From NCBI GenBank assembly GCA_964016885.1, contig OZ024743.1, positions 282,720,001-282,784,000 on the forward strand: 64,000 nucleotides of DNA, written 5' to 3'. Below are positions 63,601-64,000 of the stretch, in pieces (the first letter of the stretch is position 1; each line of letters starts with the position of its first letter). The notes beneath the pieces were generated by a model. It worked only from the letters and a program-made list of their open reading frames with translations, searched no databases and was not told the origin of the DNA. Made by a program: the position numbers and the translations under genes. The stretch is from Eledone cirrhosa (Eukaryota).

Positions 63601-64000
63601 CCAATACAGTTTCCCCAATTCACTAGCCAAAACTAACCAATTATATACTCATTTTATTAGGACTAACATTTATTTTCTCTAATGGTATTTCAATCAATTT
63701 TTTTCTTCACTGTTTAGTCAGAGAGGAGAAGGACTATGCTTAGGACATTTTTCAGATCTTCAGAGACTGGTGGGAAGAAGGAAGATATGTTCAAACAAGA
63801 AACCTGACCTGAATACTTGCAATGTGAACTCTGCTAAAGGCAACTAAAAACCTAGTGGTTAGTATTAAACTAAGCAACAAATTGAGTTTACCACTAAAGT
63901 AGGCTACAGCAGGATTAGAATGAAAAAGCTGGAACAAATATCACACAACATCTTGTCTAATGTTTTAACATTTCAACCAACCACTAACCCTGAACTAGAA

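Overview
AT-rich, microsatellite-dense eukaryotic DNA. The repeat landscape looks cephalopod/Octopus-like, which is an inference. The only host coding sequence I can support is a 95-nt minus-strand exon (1620-1714) encoding the second half of the LIM domain of Lasp/LASP1. It is too short for the ORF track. No upstream exon was found, so about 62 kb of the window is probably one very large intron. That intron holds a near full-length degenerate RTE LINE, two divergently oriented Tx1/L1-clade LINEs, CR1-clade fragments, tRNA-derived SINEs, piggyBac- and pogo-like MITEs, Helitron-like elements and a 2-kb pure-AT satellite. The most notable signal is a set of mutually unrelated, non-coding elements with Penelope-like geometry: a head-to-head inverted 5' copy, a partial tandem repeat or 3' tail, and insertion at TA-rich sites. 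Two of them carry intact type I hammerhead ribozyme motifs (10165-10247 with its mirror copy at 9548-9630, and 42948-42992). Three others carry decayed hammerhead-like motifs, and one carries a tRNA-like head instead. All structures were derived by eye; no database search or folding program was run.
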